From an uncultured delta proteobacterium (lineage in GTDB: Bacteria > Myxococcota_A > Polyangia > Polyangiales > Polyangiaceae): 64,000 bases of DNA. The DNA is taken from contig CAWJCS010000006.1 in NCBI GenBank assembly GCA_963841435.1, forward strand, positions 800,001-864,000, read 5' to 3'. Of this stretch, positions 62,685-64,000 are shown in pieces. Each line of letters begins with the position of its first letter. The stretch's first letter is position 1. The notes below the pieces were generated by a model. The model was not told the DNA's origin. It searched no databases and was given only the letters and a program-made list of their open reading frames with translations. The position numbers and the translations under genes are program-made.

Positions 62685-64000
62685 TCACCGCCCTTCCGAG
62701 CGACGGCGGGTGGCCCGCCGCCGCCGAGTCGCGAGCAGAAAGAGAAAGAGGGCCGCGAGCAGGCGCGGACGCTCGTGCGCCGTGCGTCGCGTCGTTCGGC
62801 ACCCGCAGCCGGGGTCGTGGCGCGTCATTGGCGGGTCGGTCCGCGTGACGCATCGGCCGCTCGGTGCGCAGCGGGTTCCCGGCGCGCAATCGGCGTCGTC
62901 ATCGCAGCCGCATTCGCAGAGCCCTTGCCCGTTGCAGCTCGGCCGCAGGCACGCCGCCGTCTCTTCACACGACTCGCTGCAGCAGACGCCTCCGACGCAG
63001 AAGCCGCTCGTGCACTCCGCGCGGGTCAAACATCGAACGCCGAGCACGGCCACGGCCGCGGGCCCGCACGTTCCGTCTCCGCCCTCGACCTTCAAATCGG
63101 CCCGGCAGCGTTCGCTCGCCGTGCACTCCCGATCGCAACAGAGCCCGTCCTCGCATTGCCCGCTCGCGCACGTGTCGCCGAAAGTGCACGGGCTCCCCAT
63201 CACCGCCGTCTCTGCTTCGCCGCACGTACCGTCGTGGCCCGTAACCTTGAGCGCTGCCGTGCAGGCCTCCGTCGCCGAGCATTCACGGTCACAGCAAACG
63301 CCGTCGGCGCAGGCGCCGCTTTCGCAAATGCCGCAGCCCGGGAGATAGCAGCCGCCGTCCGCCCCGCCGTCGCACGCCTCGCCCGGCCCCCGTCTCGGTC
63401 GGCACGTCTGGTCGGAGGCGCAATAGCGGCTCTTTGGGCAGTCTTCGTCGGCTTGGCAGGGCGCACACTCGACGCTCCGTCCGTCACAAACAAGGGTGCC
63501 GCAAGGTGGGCTTCCCTCGGAGCCGGCGGGGGAGACCAAGCAGAATCCCGTCGGTCGCGGCGCCCTCGGCGACGGAGCAAGCGCCGCACGACCCGGTGCA
63601 CGCGACGTTACAGCACCGGTCGTCAACGCAATGCCCGCTCGCGCAATCCGTGTCGGCCGAGCAGCCTTCTCCGTCGGCGAGCCCGAGCGAAAAGACGTAG
63701 CCCGTGCCACGAAGGTTGTCGTCGTAGTGCGCGCCGACCACGGCGTGCTCCGGGGCGAGCGCGACGGACCAGCCGAACAAGTCGTTGTAGGCCCCGTCGC
63801 CCGCGACGAGCTGCTCCTCCTCGGTCCAGTCGCTGCCGTCCCGGGCGAAAACGTAGGCTCCACCTCGCGAGGAGTCTTTCGCGTACGCCCCAATCAAGGC
63901 ACGCTCGGCACCGAGCGAAACGGCGCCGCCGAACCGGTCGCCATCGACCCCGTCGCTCGCGACGAGCTTCCGTTCCTCGCTCCAGCTGCCGCCGTTGCGG
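62685..64000 (-). CDS. FG-GAP repeat and Cys-rich surface protein with MYXO-CTERM-type tail (5' part outside window; apparent +1 frameshift near 63549)
   Basis: KLVASDG..DRFGGAVSL..ALIGAY, FGWSVAL..VVGAH. Repeated CxSGxCxDGxCC. C-terminal PGCGCR + hydrophobic helix + RRRR. Confidence 0.8.

Overview
GC-rich bacterial window, most likely from a myxobacterium (Myxococcota, Polyangiales-like). The evidence is a MYXO-CTERM-type tail, DUF1592/DUF1552 genes, many lipoproteins with Gly/Ala/Ser linkers, and Cys-rich secreted proteins. Bases 1-12.3 kb hold a tightly coupled energy module: ackA, a YihY-family gene, xfp, a complete N-type ATPase operon (atpD C Q R B E F A G), ppk2, then a sigma-54-preceded HPF-like gene. 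Bases 13-40 kb and 50-64 kb are rich in secreted or surface proteins. These include xylan-debranching candidates (GH67, one full and one truncated GH54, SGNH-like proteins, and a giant propeller protein with a CBM), a DUF1592/DUF1552 pair, a TetR with two perfect operators, an ECF sigma/anti-sigma module, an HD-GYP-LuxR regulator and a porin. Bases 40.7-45.3 kb look like a small decayed island. It carries an integrase/transposase remnant and a two-gene unit: a small membrane protein plus a TPR-helical protein with two tandem nucleoside-deoxyribosyltransferase-like domains. This unit is my best candidate for an undescribed defence or conflict system. A 197-bp MITE (14-bp TIRs, CTAA duplication) sits at 49755-49951. 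About ten genes carry single +1 frameshifts, most likely long-read insertion errors. I saw no rRNA, tRNA or CRISPR array. All family calls come from motif recognition by eye, not database searches.
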